A stretch of DNA of 57,996 nt from Candidatus Tagabacteria bacterium CG_4_10_14_0_2_um_filter_40_13 (lineage in GTDB: Bacteria > Patescibacteriota > Minisyncoccia > GCA-002779875). This document shows, piece by piece, positions 19,158 to 29,267 of this stretch (position 1 is its first letter; the number at the start of each line of letters is the position of its first letter). A program made the position numbers and the translations under genes. The notes beneath the pieces are model-generated. The model was not told where the DNA came from. It searched no databases and saw only the letters and a list, made by a program, of their open reading frames with translations. The DNA lies in the NCBI GenBank assembly GCA_002792165.1, contig PFNV01000040.1:1-57996 (forward strand), in the 5' to 3' direction.

Positions 19158-19505
19158 ATGATTTTAAGAATTTTATCTTCTATCATTTTGATTTTAAGTG
19201 CTATTTTCGCGCCGTGGCCGGTTACTGCGGCGCTGGCCGTATTATTTGCGGCATCATTTTCCTTGTTTTGGGAAATGATTATTGCGGGACTGCTGCTCGG
19301 CGCCGTCTACGGTTTACCTGGGGGCGAATCGGGATTTTTATTCACGTTTTTTATTGTAAGCTTTACTGCCGCTTTTGTCATCGAAGAATTTTTAAAACGT
19401 TTTACCAGGGAACAAAATATTTTTTCCTCTTTTTTCGTTGCCCTTGCCGGAGGAATTACAATCGCTTTATTATGGATGATTTTCAAAATAACTTTATATG
19501 TCTAA
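19158..19505 (+). CDS. Hydrophobic membrane protein in the MreD position
   Basis: About 4 TM helices; lies between mreC and the PBP2 gene. Confidence 0.65.
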   Translation: MILRILSSIILILSAIFAPWPVTAALAVLFAASFSLFWEMIIAGLLLGAVYGLPGGESGFLFTFFIVSFTAAFVIEEFLKRFTREQNIFSSFFVALAGGITIALLWMIFKITLYV

Positions 19506-21165
19506 GAGATTAAACAATCGTACGCTTGATCCTGATGAAATTTTCGCCGACTCCCAAAATATACCCGGTTTCGATAAATATCAATTCGAAGGTCGTTTGG
19601 AAAAACCCATCGCCAAATCTACATTCACAAGTATTAATTTTTGCTTTCTTTTTTTAGGAGGGTTGCTCCTGTCTCAAATAATATACTTGGAAATTGTAAA
19701 AGGCGAAATATATGTTTCGAAAAGCGAAACCAATTATTTGCGCGCTTTAAGCATTCCTTCAACGCGCGGTATTATTTACGACAGAAACGGCAAAGAATTG
19801 GCTTGGAATGATTCTCTGACGGAAAACGGCAATACAGAAGTGATAAGATCCTATTCCGAAATGCCTGGCTTAGGACATATTTTAGGATATATTGGAATAA
19901 TAACCGCGGATAAAATAGCGGGCAAGGACGGTATTGAGAAAAAATATGAAGATGTTTTAGCGGGTGTAATAGGCGTGAAGCTTGTGGAAATGGATTCTAA
20001 AAATCAAGTTGCATCCGAAAGCATGCTTAGGCCCCCGGTAAACGGAAAAAACATTAAACTTACGATTGACGCAGAGCTTCAATCCGATCTTTATAATATT
20101 TTAGGGAGCGTTGTTCGGGAACGCGGTTTTGGCGGAGGAGCGGGCGTTATCCTGGATATCCATTCAGGAGAAACACTGGCTCTTACGAGTTATCCTGAAT
20201 ATAATTCCCAAATTCTTTCCCGAGGCGAACCGGAAGATATTATAAAGGGATATATCAATAATAAACAAAAACCTTTTCTTAATCGCGCAATTTCCGGCTT
20301 GTATCCGCCCGGTTCCATTATTAAGCCGATGATTGCCTTGGCGGCTTTGACGGAAAAAATCATCAGTTCGGAAAAACAAATTTTCAGCGCCGGCAGTATT
20401 TCTCTACCCAACCCATTTTTTCCCGAATTAAAAAGCGTGTTTATGGATTGGAAAGCGCACGGTTGGGTTGATATGAGAAGAGCGCTCGCGATTTCTTCAA
20501 ACGTTTATTTTTACACGATCGGCGGAGGATATGAAGACGTAAAGGGTTTAGGCATCAGTAAAATTGATAAATACGCAAATTTGTTCGGCTTTGGCGCGAA
20601 AACAAATATAGATTTAGATAGAGAAGAGGAAGGAATGATTCCGAGTCCTGCCACGAAGGCGCTTAATACAAAAGATCCTATTTGGAGAATCGGCGACACT
20701 TATCATGCCAGCATAGGCCAGGGAGATTTTCAGATTACGCCAATCCAAGCGGCTGTTTATGCGGCTACCGTTGCGAATAATGGTCTACTCCTTCAACCTT
20801 ATGTGGTAATTGATGATTCGAGCGACCAAACGCCAAAAAGAGGTAAAACATTGGCTATTCCTCCGGAATATTTCAAGATCGTTAAAGAAGGGATGCGGCT
20901 GGCGGTTCTTGAGGGGACTGCGCAAGGTTTGAGCGGCTTGGGAATAGATGTTGCCGCTAAAACCGGCACAGCTGAATTGGAATCTAACGCGACTAAGTTA
21001 GTCAATTCGTGGTTAATAGGATTTCTTCCATATAATAATCCTAGAATCGCTTTCAGTATTCTGCTGGAAAGAGGAAAACCAACCAACCTTATCGGCGGCG
21101 TTTATGCCGGTCGCCAGCTTTTGGAATGGATGCTTATCCACACCCCGCAATATTTGTCCCGTTAA
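19498..21165 (+). CDS. mrdA: Penicillin-binding protein 2
   Basis: RGIIYDRNG, YPPGSIIK (SxxK), SSN, KTGTAE motifs. Confidence 0.92.
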   Translation: MSKRLNNRTLDPDEIFADSQNIPGFDKYQFEGRLEKPIAKSTFTSINFCFLFLGGLLLSQIIYLEIVKGEIYVSKSETNYLRALSIPSTRGIIYDRNGKELAWNDSLTENGNTEVIRSYSEMPGLGHILGYIGIITADKIAGKDGIEKKYEDVLAGVIGVKLVEMDSKNQVASESMLRPPVNGKNIKLTIDAELQSDLYNILGSVVRERGFGGGAGVILDIHSGETLALTSYPEYNSQILSRGEPEDIIKGYINNKQKPFLNRAISGLYPPGSIIKPMIALAALTEKIISSEKQIFSAGSISLPNPFFPELKSVFMDWKAHGWVDMRRALAISSNVYFYTIGGGYEDVKGLGISKIDKYANLFGFGAKTNIDLDREEEGMIPSPATKALNTKDPIWRIGDTYHASIGQGDFQITPIQAAVYAATVANNGLLLQPYVVIDDSSDQTPKRGKTLAIPPEYFKIVKEGMRLAVLEGTAQGLSGLGIDVAAKTGTAELESNATKLVNSWLIGFLPYNNPRIAFSILLERGKPTNLIGGVYAGRQLLEWMLIHTPQYLSR

Positions 21166-21288
21166 AAATTCAACTATATAATTATGCGATGAAAAAATTA
21201 TTATTGATATCCACAGAAAATTTCTAACGGGATTTGACGTCTGCCGATTAAACTAATAGAATGAGAAATCTGTTAATTGAACGACAAT

Positions 21289-21780
21289 ATGAATACATTG
21301 GAGTCACAATTTAATAATCCCGAATATTTGAGCCAGGAGGGGTTGGAAAAGTTGAAAAAAGAACTTGAAGAGCTTACAAAAATCCGGCGATTTGAACTTT
21401 CAGAAAAAATTAAGAATGCCTTGGCGCAAGACGATCTTTCGGAAAACGCTGAATACGACATTGCCAAAGAAGAACAATCAGAGAATGAGCGTCGTATTGC
21501 TGAAATCGAGGATATTTTGAGCCGAGCAGTGCTTATTTCAAAAGAAAGCGGCGGTACATATGTCCGCCTCGGTTCTTTGGTTTCTTTGAAAAAAGAAGGA
21601 AGTGACGCAATAGATCATTATTCTCTTGTCGGCAGCAAGGAAGAAGCGGATTCTTTGACGGGTAAAATATCCCACGAATCTCCTTTGGGCGCCGCTCTTT
21701 TAGGAAGAAAAAAAGGGGAAAAAGTGAAGGCTATTACGCCTAACGGAGAAATAAACTATACTATAATAGATGTTGGATGA
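21289..21780 (+). CDS. greA: Transcription elongation factor GreA
   Basis: DLSENAEY, ISHESPLGAALLG motifs. Confidence 0.95.
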   Translation: MNTLESQFNNPEYLSQEGLEKLKKELEELTKIRRFELSEKIKNALAQDDLSENAEYDIAKEEQSENERRIAEIEDILSRAVLISKESGGTYVRLGSLVSLKKEGSDAIDHYSLVGSKEEADSLTGKISHESPLGAALLGRKKGEKVKAITPNGEINYTIIDVG

Positions 21781-23224
21781 AATTCGCCAAGAAAGAATCA
21801 AAAAATTAAACCATTTGAAAGAAATGGGTATTAATGCTTTTCCCGTTAAAACTTCCAGAGATTTTTCCGTTGAAAGCGTCATAAAAGATTTCGGAAAATT
21901 AACCAGAAGAAAAAAGCCCTTATTTCTTGCGGGAAGAATTTTGGCTATTCGTTCTCACGGAGGTTCCATATTTTGCGATTTTACGGACGGCTCCGGAGTT
22001 TTTCAGGCTTTTCTGAAAAAAGATATTTTGGGAGAATTTTTTTCGCACTTTGAAGAAACAATCGATATCGGAGATTTTGTCGAATGGAAGGGGGTTCTTT
22101 TTGCAACAAAGAAAAAAGAAAAAACAATTCAAGTTTTATCGTGGAAAATTCTCGGTAAAAGCTTAAGGTCTTTGCCGGAAAAGTGGCACGGCCTTCAGGA
22201 TGTCGAAGAACGTTTCCGGAAACGTTATCTGGATATCCTGATGAACGCAGAGATTAAAGACAAATTTATTCTGCGTTCAAAGATGATTGGCGAAATAAGA
22301 TCTTTCCTGGATGTTAACGGTTTTATTGAAGTCGAAACTCCGGTTCTCCATCCCCTATCCGGCGGCGCCAACGCGGAACCATTTATTACTCACCAAAATT
22401 CGCTCGATATAGATTTATATTTAAGAATCGCTCCGGAATTGTATCTGAAAAGACTTTTAATAGGCGGAATGCCCAAAATTTACGAATTAGGAAGGCTTTT
22501 CCGCAACGAGGGGATTGATACGACTCATAATCCTGAATTTACAGAACTTGAGCTGTATGAAGCTTATCAAAATGCAGAAGGATTAAGGGATTTCATAGAA
22601 TCTTTAGTCAGAAAAATTGTGAAAAAAATTTGCGGTAAAGAAATAATTGAATATCGGGAGCAAAAAATAAACTGCAGCAGGAAATTTACCGTAATTCAAT
22701 TCTATGAAACTTTGAAGCGCCACGCTTTTATTATAAATCCCGAAAAAATTTCAAAAGACGAGCTTTTACTGAAAGCAAGGCAATTCGGAATTGATGTTGA
22801 CGCGAAAGAATCCCAATGGAAAATATTTGACCATATTTTTAAAAAGATTTGCCGGCCTAAGATAATCCAGCCGACTTTTGTTATAAATTACCCTTTAGAA
22901 TCTTCACCCTTGGCTAAAAAGATAGAAGGCGAGCTTTTATTGGATCGCTTCCAATTGATTATCGGCGGTTTGGAAATAGCCAACGGTTTTTCCGAACTGA
23001 ATGATCCGTTGGAGCAAAAAGAACGCTTTTTGGCCCAAGAAAAATTAGCTGCTTTGGGTGATAAAGAAGCAAATTCCAGCGATGAAGATTATATTGAGGC
23101 AATGGAATATGGAATGCCGCCCGCTGCCGGAGTGGGTATAGGAATTGATCGTATGGCAATGCTTTTAACAGATACCCACAACATTAAAGAAATCATTTTT
23201 TTCCCAACAATGAGACTTAAGTAA
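21770..23224 (+). CDS. lysS: Lysine-tRNA ligase (class II)
   Basis: LPEKWHGL, EVETP, LRIAPELYLK, FRNEG, HNPEFT, YGMPP, GIGIDR motifs. Confidence 0.97.
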   Translation: MLDEIRQERIKKLNHLKEMGINAFPVKTSRDFSVESVIKDFGKLTRRKKPLFLAGRILAIRSHGGSIFCDFTDGSGVFQAFLKKDILGEFFSHFEETIDIGDFVEWKGVLFATKKKEKTIQVLSWKILGKSLRSLPEKWHGLQDVEERFRKRYLDILMNAEIKDKFILRSKMIGEIRSFLDVNGFIEVETPVLHPLSGGANAEPFITHQNSLDIDLYLRIAPELYLKRLLIGGMPKIYELGRLFRNEGIDTTHNPEFTELELYEAYQNAEGLRDFIESLVRKIVKKICGKEIIEYREQKINCSRKFTVIQFYETLKRHAFIINPEKISKDELLLKARQFGIDVDAKESQWKIFDHIFKKICRPKIIQPTFVINYPLESSPLAKKIEGELLLDRFQLIIGGLEIANGFSELNDPLEQKERFLAQEKLAALGDKEANSSDEDYIEAMEYGMPPAAGVGIGIDRMAMLLTDTHNIKEIIFFPTMRLK

Positions 23225-23251
23225 TAGAATAAAATATAGTTAATATAAGCC

Positions 23252-23288
23252 AAGAATCCCTTCTTTTTATGAAAAAGAGGGGATTCTT
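23252..23288. terminator. Hairpin, probable terminator after lysS
   Basis: AAGAATCCCTTCTTTTT-ATG-AAAAAGAGGGGATTCTT. Confidence 0.7.
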
Positions 23289-23291
23289 AAT

Positions 23292-23383
23292 TGTGGATAA
23301 GTATGTTTGCGCAGTATGTGATTGTGGATTACAATATAATTGAAGTGGTAAGAAGTGGATAAATCTGTGGATAATGTGGATAA
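23292..23383 (+). promoter_or_regulatory. mraZ/dcw promoter with GTGG repeats and DnaA boxes
   Basis: TTGCGC-17-TACAAT (23307-23335); perfect TGTGGATAA at 23292, 23366 and 23375; 1-mismatch copies at 23323 and 23354. Confidence 0.75.
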
Positions 23384-23392
23384 CTAATAATT

Positions 23393-23827
23393 ATGTTAAT
23401 CGGAGAACATATACATCGTATTGATCCTAAAAAAAGACTGGCTATTCCGGCAAGATTTAGAAAAGAATTGGGAGAAAAAGTTGTAATTACAAAAGGGCTT
23501 GATCAATGTCTTGTTCTTTATCCTCTAACCGAGTGGGAAAAAGTTGCCGAAGAATTAAGTAAACTCCCGACAGGCAAAAGCGAAAACAGAAACTTTGTCC
23601 GCGATTTCTTTTCGAAAGCGACAGATGTCGAGCTCGATGTTTTGGGAAGAATTTTAATCCCGGAATATTTGAAAACTTTAGCCGATCTCAAAGAAAAGGT
23701 TGTAATCGTCGGTATCTACAAAAGATTGGAAATCTGGAATGAAGAAAAGTGGAATGATTATAAGACGCGCGTTGAAAAACAAACGGATGTACTGGCGGAA
23801 AAACTGGGAGAATTGGGTGTATATTAA
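23393..23827 (+). CDS. mraZ: Transcriptional regulator MraZ
   Basis: IDPKKRLAIPARFR, LD..GRILIP, LEIW motifs. Confidence 0.96.
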   Translation: MLIGEHIHRIDPKKRLAIPARFRKELGEKVVITKGLDQCLVLYPLTEWEKVAEELSKLPTGKSENRNFVRDFFSKATDVELDVLGRILIPEYLKTLADLKEKVVIVGIYKRLEIWNEEKWNDYKTRVEKQTDVLAEKLGELGVY

Positions 23828-23833
23828 ATCGCG

Positions 23834-24745
23834 ATGAGCCATATTCCCGTTCTTTTAAATGAAGTTATAAAGTTTTTGGATCCGAAGCCGGGGAATATTA
23901 TTTTGGACGCTACGGTTGATGGGGGAGGGCACGCGATCGCAATAGCGAAAAAAATTCTGCCCGACGGAAAACTGATAGGCATTGAGCAAGATAACAATAT
24001 TCTTGAAAAGCTAAGTTCGAAAATAGAAAACCAGTACCCAGAATTAAAAAACAGCAATATTCTGATAAACGGAAATTTCAGAGATATAGATAAACTTTTG
24101 AAACCTTTAAATATCAATGCGTTAGATGGAGCCCTGTATGATCTTGGAATGAGCTCTTTGCAACTGGAAGAATCGAAGAGAGGATTTACTTTTCTAAAAG
24201 ATGAGCCGCTGCTCATGACCTATAAATTCCCGATTGAGCCCGGAGATCTTACTGCCAAAGAAATTATCAATACTTGGCCGGAAAAAGAAATTGCCGACAT
24301 CCTGTTTCATTATGGAGAAGAGAGATATTCCAGGCGTATTGCCAGAAATATCGTCAGAAGAAGAGAAAAGAAGCCGTTTCAAAGCACTTTCGAACTTGCG
24401 GCGTTGGTTAAGCAAAGCGTTCCATATCGTCCCTTTCACCGCATTCATCCGGCGACAAAAACTTTTCAGGCTTTACGCATAGCGGTTAACAATGAATTGG
24501 AAGCAATATCAGAAAGTTTTGAAAAGGCGTGGCAATTCCTGATTCCGGGTTCGCGTCTGGTTATTATTTCTTTCCATTCCCTGGAAGACCGCATTGCCAA
24601 AAATTTTTTGAAAAGCAAAAAACAAAAAGGGGAAGCGGACATTAAAACTCCTAAACCGATTACGGCGACTGAAGAAGAAATTTATTTAAACCCCCGTTCC
24701 CGCAGCGCCAAACTAAGGGCGGCAGTTAAGCTGAAAATAATATAA
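23834..24745 (+). CDS. rsmH: 16S rRNA m4C1402 methyltransferase RsmH
   Basis: HIPVLL, DLGMSS, HPATKTFQALRIAVNNEL, SFHSLEDR, NPRSRSAKLR motifs. Confidence 0.97.
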   Translation: MSHIPVLLNEVIKFLDPKPGNIILDATVDGGGHAIAIAKKILPDGKLIGIEQDNNILEKLSSKIENQYPELKNSNILINGNFRDIDKLLKPLNINALDGALYDLGMSSLQLEESKRGFTFLKDEPLLMTYKFPIEPGDLTAKEIINTWPEKEIADILFHYGEERYSRRIARNIVRRREKKPFQSTFELAALVKQSVPYRPFHRIHPATKTFQALRIAVNNELEAISESFEKAWQFLIPGSRLVIISFHSLEDRIAKNFLKSKKQKGEADIKTPKPITATEEEIYLNPRSRSAKLRAAVKLKII

Positions 24746-24749
24746 TACT

Positions 24750-25082
24750 ATGGTTAATTATATAAAAAGAGAAGCATGGGGAAGACATCGAATAGGCTTA
24801 TTCGGCTCACTTATTTGCGCCATCATATTTATCGGCGTATTTTACCTTTATTGCGTAAGCGCTATGGTTATGGAGACGGTAAACCGAAATCAAAACTTTC
24901 AAAATCTTCAAGTCATTAAAAGAGAATATCAAGCGCTTGAAAAAAACTATCTTGATATTCTTTCAATATTCAATTTAGAATATGCTTATTCTCTGGGATT
25001 TGTAAGCGGAAATTCGCTGAGTTACGTTTCAAAACAGACTCCAGTGGCTCAAAGCGGCGGCTATGATAAAGCGATTAGATGA
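24750..25082 (+). CDS. FtsL-like small bitopic cell-division protein
   Basis: TM plus coiled coil plus A..LGF; lies between rsmH and ftsI. Confidence 0.65.
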   Translation: MVNYIKREAWGRHRIGLFGSLICAIIFIGVFYLYCVSAMVMETVNRNQNFQNLQVIKREYQALEKNYLDILSIFNLEYAYSLGFVSGNSLSYVSKQTPVAQSGGYDKAIR

Positions 25083-26763
25083 TTTTTCAGACCGGATTCG
25101 CATTATCGGCATCTTACTTTTTTTTATCGCCGGCGTTCTTATTTACCGCTTATTTGACCTGCAAATCGTAAATTCCGATTATTATCGCGAAAAAGCGGAA
25201 CGTCAATATACGGCTTCCCAAATTAAATCCCCAATTGCTAATCGGGGAATTATTTATTTTCGGGAAAAGGACGGCAAAATAGTTTCCGCCGCAGTGATAA
25301 AAGAGGGCTATAAGCTCGTTATTAATCCCGGCGTTCTAAAAAATAGCGAAGATATCTACGATAAAATATCGGCTATTATTCCCGTTGACCGAGATGATTT
25401 TTTGAAGCGGGCGAAAAAAGAGAACGATATTTATGAAGAAATAGCTCATTATTTGGATCCCGATAAAGCCAAGGCAATTAATAAACTTGCCATTGAAGGA
25501 GTTAATGTTGTTCCCGAGCAGTGGCGTTTTTATCCCGGCGGAAATTTAGCTTCTCATATTTTAGGCTTTGTCGGGTATCAAAATAATGATCGCGTCGGCC
25601 AATACGGCATAGAAAAATCCTATGAGGATTATTTAAGGGGAACAGGCGAACTTTCAACCGGAAATTCTTTTGCCGAATCATTTCTTGGCCTAAGCCGCGA
25701 ACTATTTTTGAATAACCTAGAAGATAAAAAAGAAGTGATTTTAACTATCGAGCCGAGCGTTCAGGGATATCTGGAAAAAGCGCTTGAAAAAGTTGTCATA
25801 CAATATTCTGCCGAGGGCGCCGGAGGAATAATTCTCGATCCCAAAACGGGAAAAATATTAGCGATGGCCGCAAAGCCGGATTTTGATCCTAATTTTTACA
25901 ACAAAATTGAAAAACCCGCCTTGTTTTTAAATCCTCTTGTTTCCAACAGATTCGAAATGGGTTCCGTCATGAAGCCCCTTACTATTTCCTCCGCGCTTGA
26001 TAATGGAAGCATTACCAGTCAATCAACATATTATGACAACGGTTATCTCGTGATAGATAATATGCGTATTGAAAATTATGAAGTCAAAGTACGAGGGAAG
26101 GTTGATATACAAACGGTTTTAGAGCAATCTTTAAACACGGGCGCGGTTTTTGCCATGCGGCAACTGGGAAAAGAAAACTTCCGCAATTATATGTCCGATT
26201 TTGGTTTAGGAGAAAAAACCAATATTGAGCTTCCTGACGAAATTAATGGAGATATAAAAAGCTTAAATAGTCCCCGCGAAATCGAATATGCCACGGCTTC
26301 TTACGGCCATGGTATAGCCGTAACCCCTCTTGGATTTGCCGCTGCTTTTTCCGCTCTTGCAAACGGCGGTTTTCTTGTGCAACCATATATAGTTGAAAAA
26401 GCTGAAAATAAGCCTATAATCAAGCGACAGGTAATTAAAAATGAAACAAGCGAAGAAATAACGAGAATGCTGGTAAAAGTCGTAGATAAAGCGCTTTTAG
26501 GAGGCACCGTGAAAATGGCGCATTACAGTATTGCCGCAAAAACTGGCACTGCCATGATGCCTTTCGAAAACCAGAAAGGTTATTCCGATGATTATTTGCA
26601 CACTTTTATCGGCTACGCTCCCGCTTTTGACGCCAAATTTTTGATATTTTTGTATCTCAAAAAGCCGCAAGGCGTGCAATATGCTTCTCATTCTTTGACG
26701 CCGCCTTTCATGGATATTACAAAATTTTTATTAAATTATTACACAATAGCGCCTGATCGCTGA
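25063..26763 (+). CDS. ftsI: Division penicillin-binding protein (FtsI/PBP3-like)
   Basis: RGIIY, RFYP, FEMGSVMK, SLN, KTGTA motifs; dcw position. Confidence 0.88.
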   Translation: MIKRLDDFSDRIRIIGILLFFIAGVLIYRLFDLQIVNSDYYREKAERQYTASQIKSPIANRGIIYFREKDGKIVSAAVIKEGYKLVINPGVLKNSEDIYDKISAIIPVDRDDFLKRAKKENDIYEEIAHYLDPDKAKAINKLAIEGVNVVPEQWRFYPGGNLASHILGFVGYQNNDRVGQYGIEKSYEDYLRGTGELSTGNSFAESFLGLSRELFLNNLEDKKEVILTIEPSVQGYLEKALEKVVIQYSAEGAGGIILDPKTGKILAMAAKPDFDPNFYNKIEKPALFLNPLVSNRFEMGSVMKPLTISSALDNGSITSQSTYYDNGYLVIDNMRIENYEVKVRGKVDIQTVLEQSLNTGAVFAMRQLGKENFRNYMSDFGLGEKTNIELPDEINGDIKSLNSPREIEYATASYGHGIAVTPLGFAAAFSALANGGFLVQPYIVEKAENKPIIKRQVIKNETSEEITRMLVKVVDKALLGGTVKMAHYSIAAKTGTAMMPFENQKGYSDDYLHTFIGYAPAFDAKFLIFLYLKKPQGVQYASHSLTPPFMDITKFLLNYYTIAPDR

Positions 26764-26764
26764 T

Positions 26765-28075
26765 ATGATTAAAAAAATCCTCAAAAATTTAATAGCTGTT
26801 ATCATTACCCTTGAAGCAAAACTGATACTGAAAAGATACAAGCCGAAAATCGTCGCTGTTACCGGTAGCGTCGGGAAAACTTCCGCTAAAGACGCGATTG
26901 CGACGGTTTTGGGCCAAAAATTTTTTGCGCGAAAAAGTACCAAAAGTTATAACAGCGAACTTGGCGTGCCTCTTGTTGTTTTGGGAGTTGAAACCGGCTG
27001 GTTGAATCCTTTTATTTGGTTCGGTAATATTTTAAAAGGCGTTAAGCTTTTGGCGACACCGAAAAAAATGCAATATCCAAACTGGCTTATTTTGGAAATG
27101 GGAGTTGAGAGACCAAAAAATATGCAAAGATTTGCAGCTTGGATAAATCCCGACATTGCTGTTTTCACCGCTTTTGCGGAAATTCCGCCCCATGTCGAAT
27201 TTTTTGCCGGCCCTGAATCGTTGGTTCAGGAAAAAATGAAATTGATTCAAGGATTCGACCAAAAACATTTCGTTATTTTAAACGGCGATGATAAAACTCT
27301 TTGCGAGGCAAAATCTAAAATTCAGGCAAAAATAATTTCTTTCGGTTTCAATGAAGAAAATGATTTACGGGCATCAAATTATCACATTACTTTTCGCAAA
27401 GAAGGAGAGAAAGAGATTCCGGAAGGTATAACATTCAAAGTGGATTATAAGGGAAGCAGCGTGCCTGTCAGAATTTTCGGCGCTTTCGGCAAACACCTCG
27501 CTTATTCCGCTTTGGCCGCTTTAGGGGTTGGCTTGAGCCAGGATTTCAACCTTATCGATATCAGCGAGTCTTTATCTCAATATAAGGCGCCTCCAGGACG
27601 CCTTAGATTGATAGAGGGTATTAAAAATACGTATATCCTTGATGATACGTATAACGCTTCTCCTAAGGCCGTTCACGCCGCCTTAGATACCCTGGAGGAA
27701 TTACCGGCAACCGGCAGGAAAATCGCGGTTTTAGGCGATATGCTGGAATTAGGCAAATATACGGTTGAAGCGCATAAGGCGATTGCCGACAGAGTGATAA
27801 AGGTTGCGAATATTATTTTTGCGGTCGGACTTCGCGCGAAATTCATCGGCGAAGAGGCTAAATCGCAGGGTTTTAGCTCCGATAATATTTTTGAATTTTC
27901 GACTTCTCAAGAAGCCGGCAGAGTACTGCAGGAAATAATGAAAGAAGGAGATTTAATTCTTATTAAAGGCTCGCAGGGGATGCGGATGGAAAAAATCACA
28001 GAAGAGACAATGGCTCATCCGGAAGATAAAGAAAAATTGCTTGTCCGCCAGGAAAAAGAGTGGGGGAAGAAGTAA
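26765..28075 (+). CDS. murF: UDP-MurNAc-tripeptide D-Ala-D-Ala ligase
   Basis: VTGSVGKTSAK, N.ELGVP, DDTYNASP, LGDMLELG, KGSQG motifs. Confidence 0.93.
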   Translation: MIKKILKNLIAVIITLEAKLILKRYKPKIVAVTGSVGKTSAKDAIATVLGQKFFARKSTKSYNSELGVPLVVLGVETGWLNPFIWFGNILKGVKLLATPKKMQYPNWLILEMGVERPKNMQRFAAWINPDIAVFTAFAEIPPHVEFFAGPESLVQEKMKLIQGFDQKHFVILNGDDKTLCEAKSKIQAKIISFGFNEENDLRASNYHITFRKEGEKEIPEGITFKVDYKGSSVPVRIFGAFGKHLAYSALAALGVGLSQDFNLIDISESLSQYKAPPGRLRLIEGIKNTYILDDTYNASPKAVHAALDTLEELPATGRKIAVLGDMLELGKYTVEAHKAIADRVIKVANIIFAVGLRAKFIGEEAKSQGFSSDNIFEFSTSQEAGRVLQEIMKEGDLILIKGSQGMRMEKITEETMAHPEDKEKLLVRQEKEWGKK

Positions 28076-28080
28076 GAATT

Positions 28081-28114
28081 TGTGTAAAATTCCGCATATG
28101 CGCGATTTTACACA
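28081..28114. repeat. Palindrome family P3, copy B
   Basis: TGTGTAAAATTCCGCATATGCGCGATTTTACACA, just upstream of tRNA-Glu. Confidence 0.85.
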
Positions 28115-28124
28115 AACCGCATAT

Positions 28125-28197
28125 GGCGCTTTCGTCTAGTGGCCAAGGACACAGCGTTCTCAACGCTGGAACACGGGTTCGATTCCCGTAAGCGCTA
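28125..28197 (+). tRNA. tRNA-Glu (CTC)
   Basis: Acceptor GGCGCTT/AAGCGCT, anticodon arm CAGCG-TTCTCAA-CGCTG, GGTTCGATTC T-loop; CCA not encoded. Confidence 0.95.
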
Positions 28198-28275
28198 TAA
28201 TTTAAACTAAATACTGTCCAAAAACCCGGAAATTATTAAGAGTTTGAATCAAGTTATAATTTTAATTTATATATC

Positions 28276-29250
28276 ATGATCTGGTTTTATATTTTTATTT
28301 TTGTATTATCCTGTTTTCTTCTGGCGATATCCGGCAAATGGATGGTTTCCGCGCTTGCAAGAATAGCCAGATATCTTGGCTGGCGGGAATTTACGGTGGC
28401 TTTTATTTTTATTGCTTTCGGGACTTCAATCCCTAATCTTTTTGTAGGCATTTCCTCGGCTTTTCATAAAATTCCCCAACTCTCCCTCGGTGACGTCCTT
28501 GGCGGGAATGTGGTTGATTTGACTTTGGCTTTGGCGCTCGTGGTTTTTATCGCCAGAGGCATTAGAGTTGAAAGCAAAACAGTTCAATCATCCTCTCTTT
28601 TTACCATTGGCGTCGCGCTTTTGCCTTTAGTTTTGATTTTAGACGGCAATCTTTCAAGAACTGACGGCTTAATTTTGCTGGCGGCCTTTTTTCTTTATAT
28701 TCGGTGGCTTTTTGCCAAGAGGGAAAGATTTGTCAAAATTTACGACAGCGCGACCGAACAAGAACCGACCCCTTTTCAGGCGGCAAAAAATTTAAAATCA
28801 ATTTTGAAAAATATCGGAAAATTAACGGCTGGTTTGCTTTTGCTTCTTCTAAGTTCCGAAATAATTGTCAGATTAGCCGTCATTTTTTCCCAGAAACTTG
28901 ACGTTTCCCCCTTTTTCATAGGGCTTTTAATTATTGGCTTGGGAAATTGTCTTCCGGAAATACAATTTTCCATTGCTGCGATAAGGGCTGGCCAAGCCTG
29001 GATGGCTTTGGGCAATTTGATGGGTTCGGTGATTATTATTTCCACTTTGGTTTTGGGCACTGTCGCGTTGATTGCTCCGATTCAAATCGTTGATTTTTCG
29101 CCTTTTGCCGTGGCGCGGTTTTTCCTTCTGCTTATATCTCTATTTTTCCTTATTTTTATCCGCACCGACAGAAAGATTACCAAAAAAGAAGGGATTTTCC
29201 TATTTTTGCTATACATCGCTTTTGTGATAGTGGAAATTTTATTAAAATAA
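28276..29250 (+). CDS. Sodium/calcium (CaCA family) antiporter
   Basis: Alpha repeats GTSIPN..GDVLGGN and GNCLPE..GNLMGS; about 10 TM. Confidence 0.88.
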   Translation: MIWFYIFIFVLSCFLLAISGKWMVSALARIARYLGWREFTVAFIFIAFGTSIPNLFVGISSAFHKIPQLSLGDVLGGNVVDLTLALALVVFIARGIRVESKTVQSSSLFTIGVALLPLVLILDGNLSRTDGLILLAAFFLYIRWLFAKRERFVKIYDSATEQEPTPFQAAKNLKSILKNIGKLTAGLLLLLLSSEIIVRLAVIFSQKLDVSPFFIGLLIIGLGNCLPEIQFSIAAIRAGQAWMALGNLMGSVIIISTLVLGTVALIAPIQIVDFSPFAVARFFLLLISLFFLIFIRTDRKITKKEGIFLFLLYIAFVIVEILLK

Positions 29251-29267
29251 GGCATAATTAATAAATC

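Noticed and set aside
23225..23392. oriC at the DnaA-box cluster
   Set aside because: The gap is only about 170 bp, has no dnaA/dnaN neighbour or clear unwinding element, and is explained as the mraZ promoter. Not fully excluded without GC-skew analysis.
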